Below, piece after piece: positions 50,013 to 62,463 of a stretch of DNA of 64,000 nucleotides. This stretch comes from Octopus vulgaris. Taxonomy: Eukaryota. The stretch covers positions 19,902,001 to 19,966,000 of the forward strand of contig OX597838.1 of the NCBI GenBank assembly GCA_951406725.2, written 5' to 3'. The stretch's first letter is position 1. Each line of letters starts with the position of its first letter. The notes under the pieces are model-generated. The model saw nothing but the letters and a program-made list of their open reading frames with translations, made no database searches and was not told the origin of the DNA. The translations under genes were made by a program, and so were the position numbers.

Positions 50013-51672
50013 TGTGTGTCTGTGTTTGTCCCTCTAGCATTGCTTGACAACCGATGCTGGTGTGTTTACGTCCCCGTCACTTAGCGGTTCGGCAAAAGAG
50101 ACCGATAGAATAAGTACTGGGCTTACAAAGAATAAGTCCCGGGGCCGATTTGCTCAACTAAAGGCGGTGCTCCAGCATGGCCGCAGTCAAAATGACTGAA
50201 GCAAGTAAAAGAGTAAAGAGTATAACTAGGCTGGAGCAACATGGAATAAAGTGTCTTGCTCAAGAACACAACACGCCACCAGGAATCAAACTCCCAACCT
50301 TATGATCATGATCTGAATACCACTATCCACTTAACCACATACAGATTCACTTGTATGAAAGAGCTGCAACCTTCGGCAATAATAATAGCATCAAATAATG
50401 GCACAATGTCACATTTTGTTGGAGGAAATAAAATCAGTTATGTGGGCCCCAATTTTTAATTGTGTATTAACCCTCTTGTTACCATATTTCTGTTGAGATG
50501 CTATGTGTTTATTTCAAATAATTTTAAATATAACAAAGAATTTAGTAAAATAACTTATCATTCAGCTAGTGTTAGGAACATAAATTGTGACTAAGGTTTG
50601 GTGGATTATTTTAGTTCAGGACTTTTGAAAACAAGGCATTTGTATCACAGAGCCAGAGGCGGTCACAAAAGGATTAAATATAACAAAGAATTTAATAAAA
50701 TAACTTAGTTATCATTCAGCTAGTGTTAGGAACATAAATTGTGACTAAGGTTTAGTGGGAGATTTTAGTTCAGAACTTTTGAAAACAAGGCATTTGTATC
50801 ACAGAGCCAGAGGCGGTTTCATCTGCGTTGGTATCAAAAGGGTTAAATATAAGAAAGAATTTAGTAAAATAACTTAGTTATCATTAAGCTAGTGTTAGGA
50901 ACATAAATTGTGACTAAGGTTTGGTGGAAGATTTTAATTCAAAACAGGACATCTATACTAGAGAGCCAGAGGCAGTTTCAGCCAAGTTGCTATCAAAAGG
51001 GTTAAGGTAAACAACGTTTTTGTAACTAATAATAAATAATAACAAATATAAATATTAGTTATCTTACATTGACAAAAAGCTTACCTTAATTCATCCATCT
51101 TCTCCCGTTATTCTTGGGAAGGTCATGGGGAGCAGACACCTCTTCCATAGGATCCTATCAAAAGCAACCAGCATTATACCTTCCAGCAGGGTTCCCAAGT
51201 GTGACCAACTGGGTCTACGGATATTATCCGTTCGTCTATTTTCTGGTCTGCCTCTAGGTCTCCTACTGGTTAGCTTAGCTTTCCTGTGACATTCTAATTA
51301 CATGTCCATAGTACTGGAGCTGTAACCTCTCAATGCAGAGATGGGAATCAGGAGGCGAATTGGATGCTAGAATTGCAGGTGCTGGTACAGAAATGCACCA
51401 GCTCCAGTATTTGATCCCAGAAGAGAAGTGTAGCACTCAACCAGTTTTACAACCACCACCACCATCATCATCACACTCATATAATGGTTTTAAATTTTGA
51501 CCCAATGCCAGCAATTCTGAAAGAAGGGACATACTCTTTTACACTTTTACTTGTTTCAGTCATGTGACTGTGGCCATGCTGGAGCACCACCTTTAGTCGA
51601 GCAAATCAACCCCAGGACGCATTCTTTGTAAGCCTAGTACTTATTCTATCAGTCTCTTTTACCAAACCGCTA
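48078..51672. repeat. 571-bp inverted duplication (48078-48648 / 51102-51672)
   Basis: Arms are reverse complements with only two mismatches seen; 2453-bp spacer. Confidence 0.95.
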
Positions 51673-52317
51673 AGTTACAGGGACGTAAACACACCAGCAT
51701 CGGTTGTCGAGCGATGTTCAGGGGACAAACACAGACACACAAACACACACACATATATATATATATACACACACACACATATATATATATGACGGGCTTC
51801 TTTCAGTTTCCGTCTACCAAATCCACTCACAAGGCTTTGGTCGGCCCAAGGCTATAGTAGAAGACACTTGCCCAAGGTGCCACGCAGTGGGACTGAACCC
51901 GGAACCATGTGGTTGGTAAGCAAGCTACTTACCACACAGCCATTCCTGCGCTTATTACATCAACCAAATTGGTTGATGTAATCAGAACTTATTTTATTGA
52001 CCCTGAAACAATGAAAGACAAAGTCAACCTCAGTGAAATTCGAACAAGAGCGTAAATCCAAAAGAACTGCTGCTAAGCTTTTTGTCCAGCATATTAACGT
52101 TTCTGTCAGTTTACCACCATATTAATCCATTCTTACTCTTGCACAAGACCAGCAATTTTAAGGAGTATGGGAGTCAAATACATTGACCCCAGGACTCAAC
52201 TGGTTCTTATTTTATTGATCCTGAAAGGATGGAAGATAAAGTTGACGTCTGTGGAATTGGAACTCAGAACAAAGTTTGAAGAAATGCCGCAAAGCAATTT
52301 GTCTAGCTCAATAACAA

Positions 52318-53470
52318 TTATTTCTTTATTGCCACAAGGGGCTAAACATAGAGAGGACAAACAAGGACAGACTAAGGGATTAAGTCGATTACATTGACCC
52401 CAGTGCATAACTGGTACTTAATTTATCGACCCTGAAAGGATGACAGGCAAAGTCGATCTCATCGGAATTTGCACTCAGAACGTAGCGGCAGACGAAATAC
52501 CACTAAGCATTTCGCCCGGCATGCTAACGTTTCTTATTTCTTTATTGCCCACAAGGGGCTAAACATAGAGGGGACAAACAAGGACAGACAAAGGGATTAA
52601 ATCGATTACATCGACCCCAGTGCGTAATTGGTACTTAATTTACCAACCCTGAAAGGATGAGAGGCAAAGTCAACCTCAGTGGAATTTGAACTCAGAACGT
52701 AACAGCAGACGAAATACTGCTAAGCATGCTAATGTTTCTGACAGCTCACCGCTCAATAACAATTCTACCACCTTCACCACCTTAATAATAACTATGAACC
52801 CCAACACTCATGAAAGGTACTTATTTTATCAACCCCAAAACGATGAAAAGCAAAGTCAACCTTAGCAGCATTTGAACTCAGAACATAAGGAGACTGACAA
52901 AATGCCGCTAAGCATTTCACCCAGTGTGCGAACAATTCTCATTTTTTTTATTGCCCACAAGGGGCTAAACATACAGGGGACAAACGGATTAAGTCGATTA
53001 CATCGACCCCAGTGCGTAACTGGTACTTAATTTATCGACCCCACCACCCGAAAGGATGAAAGGCAAAGGTTGACCTCGGTCGAATTTGAACTCAGAACAT
53101 AAAAACAGACGGATTAAGTCGATCATATCGACCCCAGTGCGTAACTGGTACTTAATTTATCGACCCCGAAAGGATGAAAGGCAAAGTCGACCTCAGCGGA
53201 ATTTGAACCCAGAACGCAGTGGCGGACGAAATACCTATTTCTATTTCTTTACTACCCACAAGGGGCTAAACACAGAGGGGACAAACAAAGACAGACACGG
53301 ATTAAGTCGATTACATCGACCCCAGTGCGTAACTGGTACTTAATTTATCGACCCCGAAAGGATGAAAGGCAAAGTCGACTTCTGCCGAGGTCGACTTTGC
53401 CTTTCATCCTTTCGGGGTCGATAAATTAAGTACCAGAAAGCATTTCGCCCGGCATGCTAACATTTCTACC
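52318..53470 (-). mobile_element. Cluster of nested/tandem SINE family B copies
   Basis: At least five overlapping copies of CCCACAAGGGGCTAAAC..ATCGACCCCGAAAGGATGAAAGGCAAAGTCGAC. Confidence 0.85.
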
Positions 53471-54245
53471 AGATTGCTGTCTTCACCACGTTAATAATAA
53501 TTACAATCACAATCAAAAAATGAATAACAACAACAAAAAGTTATGGAAAATATACTGAAAGATTGGGTTGTTGTTTTTTTCTTTTTTTTTTTTTGTTTGG
53601 TTGTTTGTTTGTTTTTTTAATTTCATCAAGAAAAATTTCCTGTTTTAAATTACTTTCATTAAAGCAGGACTTTGATTAAAATTTGGACAGAATAGAGTCT
53701 GAGAAAAATGTGTCGTTGAAGAGATAATGAGATTCCATAGAAACCGGTACCGAATAGGAGTATGGAAGAAGATCCAATAGCTGTAATTAGCAACTGGGTG
53801 AGCTGATAATTGATTTATCATAACTGTTTCTAATTTAGGCACAAAGCCAGCGATTTTGCAAGGGTGGGGACTAGTTGACTAAATAAGTCCCAGTACTTGA
53901 CTGCTACTTTATTTTATCAACTCCAGAAGGATGAAAGGCAAAGCTGTCCTCAGTGAGATTTGAACTCTGAATGTAAAGAGTCAGAATACCAAAAGGCATT
54001 TTTCCTGCGCCTTATCGATTCTGCCAATCCACAGCCCTAAGAAGAAGAAGAAGAAGAAAGACAACCACCATCGGCATTATCATCAATTGCTTACTGTGTG
54101 CAGGAAGCAGAGTAATTCTTCAGCCTGCCTACCAGTTCCGAAGATGGACGAGAATTTTAACCGATTTATTTTTCGATAATTTTTTTTTTAATCTATGTCT
54201 TATTTCATGAGTATGTATAGGTGTATATGTCTGTATGTGTGTGCA

Positions 54246-54280
<35 letters not shown>

Positions 54281-54325
54281 GGAAAATAAAACAGAAAATA
54301 ATCGTAGTCCTAGTGTGCAGCAAAT

Positions 54326-54445
54326 TTATGGTGTGTCAGTGACGCTGCCTGAGTTTCCTCTGCGACGTTGGCGGCGCAAGCCGTTATTTAGATGTGTCGC
54401 ACACCACATCCATAATGTGCTTGGCAACATCGTTAGCAAATAGAG
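54326..54445 (-). CDS. HSDL1: HSDL1-like last coding exon
   Basis: ttttcag|LYLLTMLPSTLWMWCATHLNNGLRRQRRRGNSGSVTDTP-TAA (cf. human MPEWLWVWGANILNRSLRK); AATAAA on - at 54165-54170. Confidence 0.88.
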   Translation of the reverse strand, partial: LYLLTMLPSTLWMWCATHLNNGLRRQRRRGNSGSVTDTP

Positions 54446-55239
54446 CTGAAAAGGGAGAAAGAAAAACGGTGAGACTCCTGCATGTAATATGTATGAGGAT
54501 ACATGTAGCATTGCATGAGGATACACGTAGCATTGCATGAGACAGACGTGTAGCATTGAATGAGATATGGCTACATGATAGAGAGAGAAAGGGAGGGAGA
54601 GAGGAATATTACATTTTTACTTAATATTTGGATGCCCTTCGTTCTACAAATAACTTAACCGTGAAGTTTAGCATCATATGCCAAATGCTTGACATAATGG
54701 TTTTATGGTTCAGAAATTGGCTTTGTAACCACATGGTTTCGGGGTTCAATCCTACTCTGTGACAACTTGGGCAAGTGTCTTCTTTTATAGACTTGTGTTG
54801 ACCAATGCCTTGCCAGTGAGTTTGGTAGACAGAAACTGTGTGGAAACGGACCGGACCAGACCGGTTCTTGAATGGTACTGGCCCTTGAGTGCTTTTGACA
54901 GAGCCTTTACTGCAAGCATTCAGGCCAGGTCACATGTTTGAAGATAACTTTCTTTTTTCCTTCCTACCAATCTCAAAAGCCTTGACCAAGAACCAGGGTT
55001 AGCCATTAGAAAGAAAAAAAAAGTAGAGTGAACTCCAAACAGTGATGGGCGAAATACCACTAAGCATTTTGTCCAGCTTGCTGAAGTTATTAATATAGAC
55101 ATGTCTTCTAACTCTTCTCTGCTTCTTCTCATCATTTATGTGTATCACAAGTTATCACCCATGCAAACACACACACACTGAGATGTGTGTGTGTGTCCAT
55201 GCAAGGAAAATTAGCTAAGAGAAATAACTCAGAGTGACC

Positions 55240-55650
55240 AATGGTAAGTATATAATAATAAAATTATTGTATACAGTGCTCAGGTGCACCACAACTTGTC
55301 AGACAGTGCGTATAAAGTATATGCAGTAATGTACAAATGTCTGGGAAGTGAACAGTGTATGAGTCAGATACATGCTTGCGTGTGTATGGAGGGGAGAAAA
55401 TCAAGTGTAGTTATGGCGAATCTCAGGAAGCATAGAAGTTTTGAAGGATTCAGTGCTCCGACAACTAACAACTGATCCCGGCAGTTTGTTCCATACTTCA
55501 GCAATTCTTAGCATGAAAAAATGTTGCCGAAAGTCATGGGAGCTGTGCTGTTTTCTGACTTTGTAAACATGTCCACGGGAGTTAGACAGGTGGAGTTTGA
55601 AAAGGTGCTCAGAGTTATTGTTTGTAAGATGGTTAATAATTTTTTTAAAC
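55240..55650 (-). mobile_element. CR1/L2-group LINE 3' remnant
   Basis: SRGHVYKVRKQH..RQHFFMLRIAEVWNKLP..VVS..STESFK is the typical CR1-group ORF2 C-terminus. Confidence 0.75.
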
Positions 55651-55786
55651 GTGAATAAAGATATATTAAATAACATACTAGATAAATTCTTATCATCATC
55701 AATCTTTAACATCTTGGAAGTGATTTCCACAAATCCAAACAGACAATGAAGAAGATTTAGTTATTGAGAAACCAAAGTAAACTTAC

Positions 55787-56096
55787 CATGAGTGAATGAG
55801 GCCAATATCCTGTTGTTCTGTTGGAGAAACCGAGCGTGGTAATAGCGTGTCTTGCATAGACGCTGGCTGAGGGGATCAAGAGATTTGGGTTTGATAGTGT
55901 TGCACTGAAGTGTGTCATTCTAGTGGCTACATAGAGAGGTACTAAGCTTTGAAAGATTACACCACTGTCCCTGTATTCATACTGTAGTGCTTGTACAAAG
56001 TAGTCAACATATTTTTTAGTGCCAGCATAAACAGCTAGTTGGGGGGTGATATTGATGCAGCTAGCTGAAGACATCATAACTATGGCACCTCGCTTT
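55787..56096 (-). CDS. HSDL1: HSDL1-like exon with catalytic S and YxxxK
   Basis: KRGAIVMMSSASCINITPQLAVYAGTKKYVDYFVQALQYEY...RTTGYWPHSLM; TPQLA, ALQYEY and RTTGYW match HSDL1 in the HSD17B3/12 subfamily. Confidence 0.92.
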
Positions 56097-56384
56097 CTGA
56101 AATGTGAAATTTGGAAGGGGATTAAATAAATTAGTTAAACAACACCAAAAAAAAAAACAACAACAACAAAAACTGTTCAATTTCAGACGTCAAGTTTTGT
56201 ATCTATTTTGGGTGCAAACTGGAGTTTGTTTTTGCTGAAGATTGCATTCATGGTACTTCTGCTAGGCACAAACCCAAACTGCATCTTATCAAGGCCTGCT
56301 TTGTCATGGATCAATTGTGCTGCAACGCCCTCTCCATAACCTGATTCAGTAGTTCAATTCTTCTATAGTTGTTTTTCTCTAAGG

Positions 56385-56669
56385 CGGTGTTTCTGAACAT
56401 TTTTACCCTTGTGTAACCCTTAAAATGAATTACATGTCTCAAGGAACCCCTGCACAAAATAAATTATATACCATATCTTTCACATATTTTTTCATCATAG
56501 TTCACATGGTAAATATCATATATATAATTATATATATAATGTATGTATATGCACATATAATGTGCATGTATAGTAATATTATGATCATGAAATTAGCATT
56601 AGCTTATCTCACACTTTCCCACAGAACCCCTAGGAACCTTTTGCAGGGAACCATGGTTGAGAAACGCTG
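56385..56669. mobile_element. hAT (Charlie-like) MITE
   Basis: TIR CGGTGTTTCTGAAC/GTTGAGAAACGCTG; perfect TSD CTCTAAGG. Confidence 0.82.
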
Positions 56670-57356
56670 CTCTAAGGTATCTCCTCTGCCTAAACATGAA
56701 ATTATAAGCAGAAAGTATGAAAGTGCATGGCCAAGTCATTAGGTATTGCACTCACAAGAGTGAGATCATGGTTTTGAATACCAAATTGGTGGAGTGTTGT
56801 GTTCTTGAACAATACACTTCATTTCATGTTGGTTCAGTCCACTCAGCTGTAAATGATTAACCCTGCAATGGATGGGTTGTCCATTCAGGGTAAATACTGG
56901 CCTGCCTGCTTAACCAGCGAGGCGACAGGCAGCATTCAAAAGCTAAAACAATGTGAGTTACATAGTCATCAGTGGTGTAAATAACCAGATCTGAGAATCT
57001 GGTTGACCCCGTGATAATGTGACAACAGCAAAATAGAAAGAGAACACCATGGTGCAAATGAATTGGGGAGCTTGCAGAATAATGTTGGAATTATGTCAAC
57101 TGACTACATACAAAGATGTGAAACACTGATCGAAACAAACGTAGAATATATATAAAGATAAAGGTTGTAAATATTGGGCCATCATCCGTGAACTCAGACA
57201 CCAACTCCCAGCAACTCTAAGAGTCAGCTGTTCATTTGTAACTGGGCTGATCCACTGGGAGTTTATGAATGCATTACTTGTTATTCCAAATTAGTCTTCT
57301 TTCTAAATGCTTATTATTCTAGCCTGATAGGGTTGTTTTGTATAAGATAAACTTAC

Positions 57357-57391
57357 CTGGAGACCATCTGTGGCAGTATCATATACGTCAT
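57357..57391 (-). CDS. HSDL1: HSDL1-like exon (35 nt)
   Basis: MTYMILPQMVS(R), cag/gtaagt. Confidence 0.9.
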
Positions 57392-57984
57392 CTGAAAAGA
57401 AAATATATCACATTATTTATATATTCTTTTATTTGATTCAGTTAATTGACTGTGGCCATGCTGGAGCACCACTTTTAGTTGAGCAAATCGACCTCAGGAC
57501 TTATTTGTTGCAAGCCTAGTACTTATTCTATCGGTCCCATTTGCCGAACCGCTAAGTTACGGGGAGGTAAATACACCAGCATCGGTCATCAAGTAATGTT
57601 GTGGGGGGACAAACACAGACACACAAACATATACTTACAAGGCTTATATAACTGATAGTATTATAGTTACTAGATGAGGAATTACTGTCACCGCTACAAA
57701 CTCATTATTTCTCTGGTTAGAACATGTATGTGTGTGTGTGTGTGTGTACTTATTCTATTGATATCTTTTGCCAAACTGCAAAAGTTACAGGGACATAAAC
57801 AGATCCATGCCAGTTGTTAAGCAGCTATGGCGGACAAACACAGACACAAAGACACACACACACACATCATACATAAATAAACATACATACACACAATCAT
57901 TTACATCCATATAGACCTTCTATCTATAAATGTTCTAATATCTACACAGCCTTGGTTTTTTTATTTCATTATGCAAAAAATTCT

Positions 57985-58017
<33 letters not shown>

Positions 58018-58104
58018 GGATAGATAGATAGATATATAGATATCACCAAGCATATGTACAAAAGTAATATCATCAGACAAAAATAATTACAAAAACTTCT
58101 CACT

Positions 58105-58345
58105 AAACATGAGTCATAAATAATGTGACTATGACTGGACACATATGACTATAGAAATAGTATGACTAAATATGTATGATCACAGAAGCGTTTCGACTAC
58201 AGAATTAATGTGACTAAAGATGTATCAAATACATGTGACTACAGATGTAATGTGACTAAACATAAGTAGAGAAGTACTGTGATTAGAAAAATGTGACTAA
58301 ATGTGTGACTACTAATGTAATGTGACTAGATATCCATAACCACAA
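58105..58345. repeat. Degenerate short repeat built on ATGTGACTA
   Basis: About ten TGACTA-type cores at irregular spacing. Confidence 0.65.
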
Positions 58346-59076
58346 GTATGTAATAAGAGCATTTATGAGTTAGCCCTTTAGAATTCAGATTATTTTGTCA
58401 AATGTAATGCTTATTTATTCACATTGTTTTGAATTAATTGTGCATTATCTTGCAGCTTTGAGATTTTGAAAATGTCATTGTATATTTTTAAAATGATATT
58501 GTAGAGTAGGTGTGAGAGGCTGGATATGACCAGTGTGAACATATGATAGGTAGAAGATTTGAGCCAGTTTGAATATATACCTGGGAGAATATCCGTGCTA
58601 GTTTGGACATATAACTGGTAGAATATCTGGGCTAGTTTGAACATATCATCATCATCGTTTAACGGCCGTTTTCCATGCTTGCATGGGTTGGACAGTTCGA
58701 CCGGGGTCTGGGAAGCCAGGAGGCTGCACCAGGCTCCAGTCTGATGTGGCAGTGTTTCTACAGCTGGATGCCCTTCCTAATGCCAACCACTCCGTGAGTG
58801 TAGTGGGTGCTTTTTACGTTCCACTGGCACAGGGGCCAGAGGAGGCTGGCAACGGCCACAATCAGTTGGTGCTTTTTACGTGCCACCGGCATGGAGCAGG
58901 CCAAGGTGGCGCTGACATCAGCCACATTCGGACGGTGCTTTTTTACATGCCACTGGCACAGGTATCACAACTACAATTTCCATTTGATTCTTATTTTGAT
59001 GCATATAACTGTTAGAATGTCTGGGATGGTTTGGGCCCAAATGCTAAAGAGTTAAGCAAGTCAGTTGAACACTTAC

Positions 59077-59121
59077 CATAGTTGTGGCTGAGATATTGAC
59101 ATTAATAAGTTGCCAGAGTCT
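59077..59121 (-). CDS. HSDL1: HSDL1-like exon (45 nt)
   Basis: RLWQLINVNISATTM, cag/gtaagt. Confidence 0.9.
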
Positions 59122-60030
59122 CTGTAACAAAAGAAAATGATAAAAACTATGTTAAGCTCAATAGAATTATAATGAAGGCATACTTTAAATATATTTCTCT
59201 GACATTGCATGTCTACAGGGAAGCTTAAAGAGTTATTTCAGCTAATGAGGAAGCTTTTATATCAGACATGGGCAATTTTTCAATGAAAATTGGGCTGCAT
59301 GAGACATGGTTGATCAACAGACAGGTTGCACTACTAAAAAAAATTCAAGGTAATTTTTTCATTAGGCATGCCTTTCAGAAAATCCTGTGACTGTTCTATA
59401 TAGTCATTTGACCTACTAGAAATAGTAGCTAAATCTCCTTCAAATTTCATCCAACCAACTTTTAAAAAATGAAGGACGCTTTAAATAAAGAGATCTGAGA
59501 TACAGTACATCTGAAGGAAAGATGGAATGGCCATAATCATAGTGCCTTTAATCATAGATCTGGGTTAAGACTGAACATCCACCCCTCCACTTCCAACACA
59601 ACTCTTGGAAGCCACAACCTGGATACTCGGATACTCAACCTCTTTGAAGCAGCAACCAAATTTCCCTAAAATCATGCCCTACCATCTTACAAAAGGGCAC
59701 ATTGGATAATATGGCTCTGGATTCCCTGGACCAGTGAAAAAGACAGGATGGTCATGGCTGGAATGCATTTGATTCCAGACCGCCACTGCCTTGCAACCAT
59801 ACCCAGCCATGGGAAAGGCTCATGATTATATAAGAACATAAAACAATTAGTGATGGCATGGTACAAGCTTCCAGATCATGGTCGTGAGTGATGGCTATGC
59901 CTGTTTCCATCAATTGAACCACTCCACAGTCAATGCCCCCCTCTTCAGCTTATCATTTATAATAATTTTACATTCCAGTTTGAAGCTCAATATAAAATAG
60001 ACCAATGTGAAATTCAAACAGACCACTCAC

Positions 60031-60089
60031 CTCCTCAGGGACTTCAAGAAATAACTGTGGATAATGGTACATAACTCCAACATTATTGA
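60031..60089 (-). CDS. HSDL1: HSDL1-like exon
   Basis: (I)NNVGVMYHYPQLFLEVPEE; SDR NNAG-like motif; gtgagt donor. Confidence 0.9.
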
Positions 60090-60559
60090 CTGAAAAAATT
60101 TGATAAATAAATAAATATATAGATAAATCAACTAATTTGTCATTAGCAATGAAAACAGTATTAGTTCAAATTAGCAGTGTGTATTATACTTAATGCAGAT
60201 ACAATGTAGCAAGCCTGGAAACTGTGGCATTTGTCTCAAGAAAGAATCTCTTTATAGATGTATAGTGCTAAAAGACACTAATGTCTAGCAGCAGTGGTGA
60301 AATTGCATCATCATTAGCAAGCATCCACTAGCCCTACATGCTAAGACAAATTTAACCTACATTGGTATAGAAAAACAGTGATTAATAAATCACTGGTGTT
60401 GCAATTAGCTGGCAGGCAGGATTTTGATATTAGCAACGCGGAACATAGTATATCTGGGTTAAGTGTGACATACAGAATGCTAATTTGAACTAGTACTGCT
60501 CTCATTGCTAAATAAACTAAAGACATAGTGCAAAGTAATAAGCATGGCTTTTGACCAGC

Positions 60560-60900
60560 TATGCAGTTACTGGCTGTAGCTAGTGACTAGACAGACAGAC
60601 AGACATTAGTCCTAGGTGTTCACTAGACAGACAGTTATTGGTTGTAAGTAGTGACTCAACGGGTAGTCGTGACTCAACAGACAGACATTGGTTGTAGGAA
60701 GTGACAGACAGCTATTGGCTGTGAGTAGTGACTCAACAGATATATTGGCTGTAAGTAGTGACTCAACAGGTAGTCATTGGCTCTAGTAGTGACTCAACAG
60801 GTAGTCATTGGCTCTAGGTAGTGACCCCACAGACAGATATTTGCTGCAGGTGGTGACTCAACAGACAGGTGTTGACAAGACAGACATAAGTTATGGATGA
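60560..60900. repeat. Degenerate ~31-bp minisatellite
   Basis: Unit approx. ATTGGCTGTAAGTAGTGACTCAACAGACAGAC. Confidence 0.8.
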
Positions 60901-61029
60901 CGAGTGAACAGACACAGAGATTGTGGGTGATGTTTAGGCAGGTACAAAGTGTTTGTGCAAGGTTTTCTTCTGCCTAATTCAGAAAGAGGAGCTTGAAGTA
61001 CCTCTAAGTAACTCCTGTAGTTTCTGCAT

Positions 61030-61250
61030 GGAGCAAAGCATCTCCGGTCTTTATTTCACCTGAGTTTTGAGCATCCTAAGGTCAACTATTACCATATCCT
61101 TATGTCTTTCTTGGGATTCCTTTCCTGCTGCTTCCTTCCACCTGGATAACTTGGCACTTCTTTACCCAATAGTTATCCTTCTTATGCATCACATGTCTGT
61201 AGCAGAACAGTGTTCTCTCTTGTACACTACAGCCAATTTCTCTTATACCA
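61030..61250 (-). mobile_element. RTE (BovB-like) LINE 3' remnant
   Basis: VQERTL..YRHVMH..WVKKC..VEGSSRKGIPRKT. Confidence 0.65.
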
Positions 61251-62352
61251 AATTCTAATAGATAAAAAGATAAATATGCCAACATGGAAAGTGGATGTTA
61301 AAGGATGATGATGAAACATATATACACATATATATACAAATATACACACATACATGTATACACAGACAATCTGTGCTGGTGGCATGTAAAAAGCACCATT
61401 CAAGCATGATTGTTACCAGCGTCACCTTACTGGCACTTATGCCAGTGGCATGTGAAAAAACATTTGAGCAGGGTCGTTGGCAGTACCACTAGACTGGCTC
61501 CTGTGCAGGTAGCACGTAAAAAAACACCCTCTGAGCGTGGCCGTTGCCAGTACTGCTTGACTGGCCCTCATGCCGGTGGCACATAAAAGCACTCACTACA
61601 CTCTCGGAGTGGTTGGCATTAGGAAGGGCATCCAGCTGTAGAAACTTTGCCAGATCAGATTGGAGCCTGGTGCAGCCATCTGGTTCGCCTCAGTCAAATC
61701 GTCCAACCCATGCTAGCATGGAAAGTGGACGTTAAACGATGATGATATATATGCATATAATACATTCACACACAGGCCACACCACAAGGCCACATATTTT
61801 CTAAGAAGCATATGGGTACACTCAATCACAGCTACACCAGTATCTGATTAAACTTAATTCTATCAACCCCATAAATAGACATAACTAAATATCACAAACG
61901 ACACAAACCATTTTGTAACCATTTTTCTACTTATTTTAACAATGTATCCTCCCCACCGTGGAGGCACATGGCCTAGTGGTTAGAGCAGCAAATTCGCGGT
62001 CGAGGGATTGCGGGGGTTTGAATCACAGACCGGGCGATGTGTGTGTTTATGAGCGAAACACCTAAGCTCCACGCGGATCTGGCAGAAGGCAATGGCGAAA
62101 CTTCTGCTGACTCTTTCGCCACAACTTTCTCTCACTCTTTCCTCCTGCATCTTGCAGCTCACCTGCAAAGGACTGGCATCCCGTCCAGGTGGGGAACCTA
62201 TATGCCAAGGAAACCAGGAAACCGGCTCTATGAGCCAGGCGTGGCTCGAGAAGGAACAAACAACAACAACCCTCTCCCACCAGAATTCAATATAAAACAT
62301 TCTTTTTTTAAAAAATTTGCACAAGAATATAATATGAGGTATTAGCACTTAC

Positions 62353-62463
62353 TTAGAATTCCTATTTCTTTATCCTTTATCTGTGTCCAAATTTTTTGAT
62401 AAACTTCTCTGTTAGCAGAAAAGTCTACAACAATGGGAATGACTTCAACACCGAACTGATGTG
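62353..62463 (-). CDS. HSDL1: HSDL1-like SDR internal exon (first visible)
   Basis: HQFGVEVIPIVVDFSANREVYQKIWTQIKDKEIGIL, cag/gtaag flanks, phase 1/1. Confidence 0.88.
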
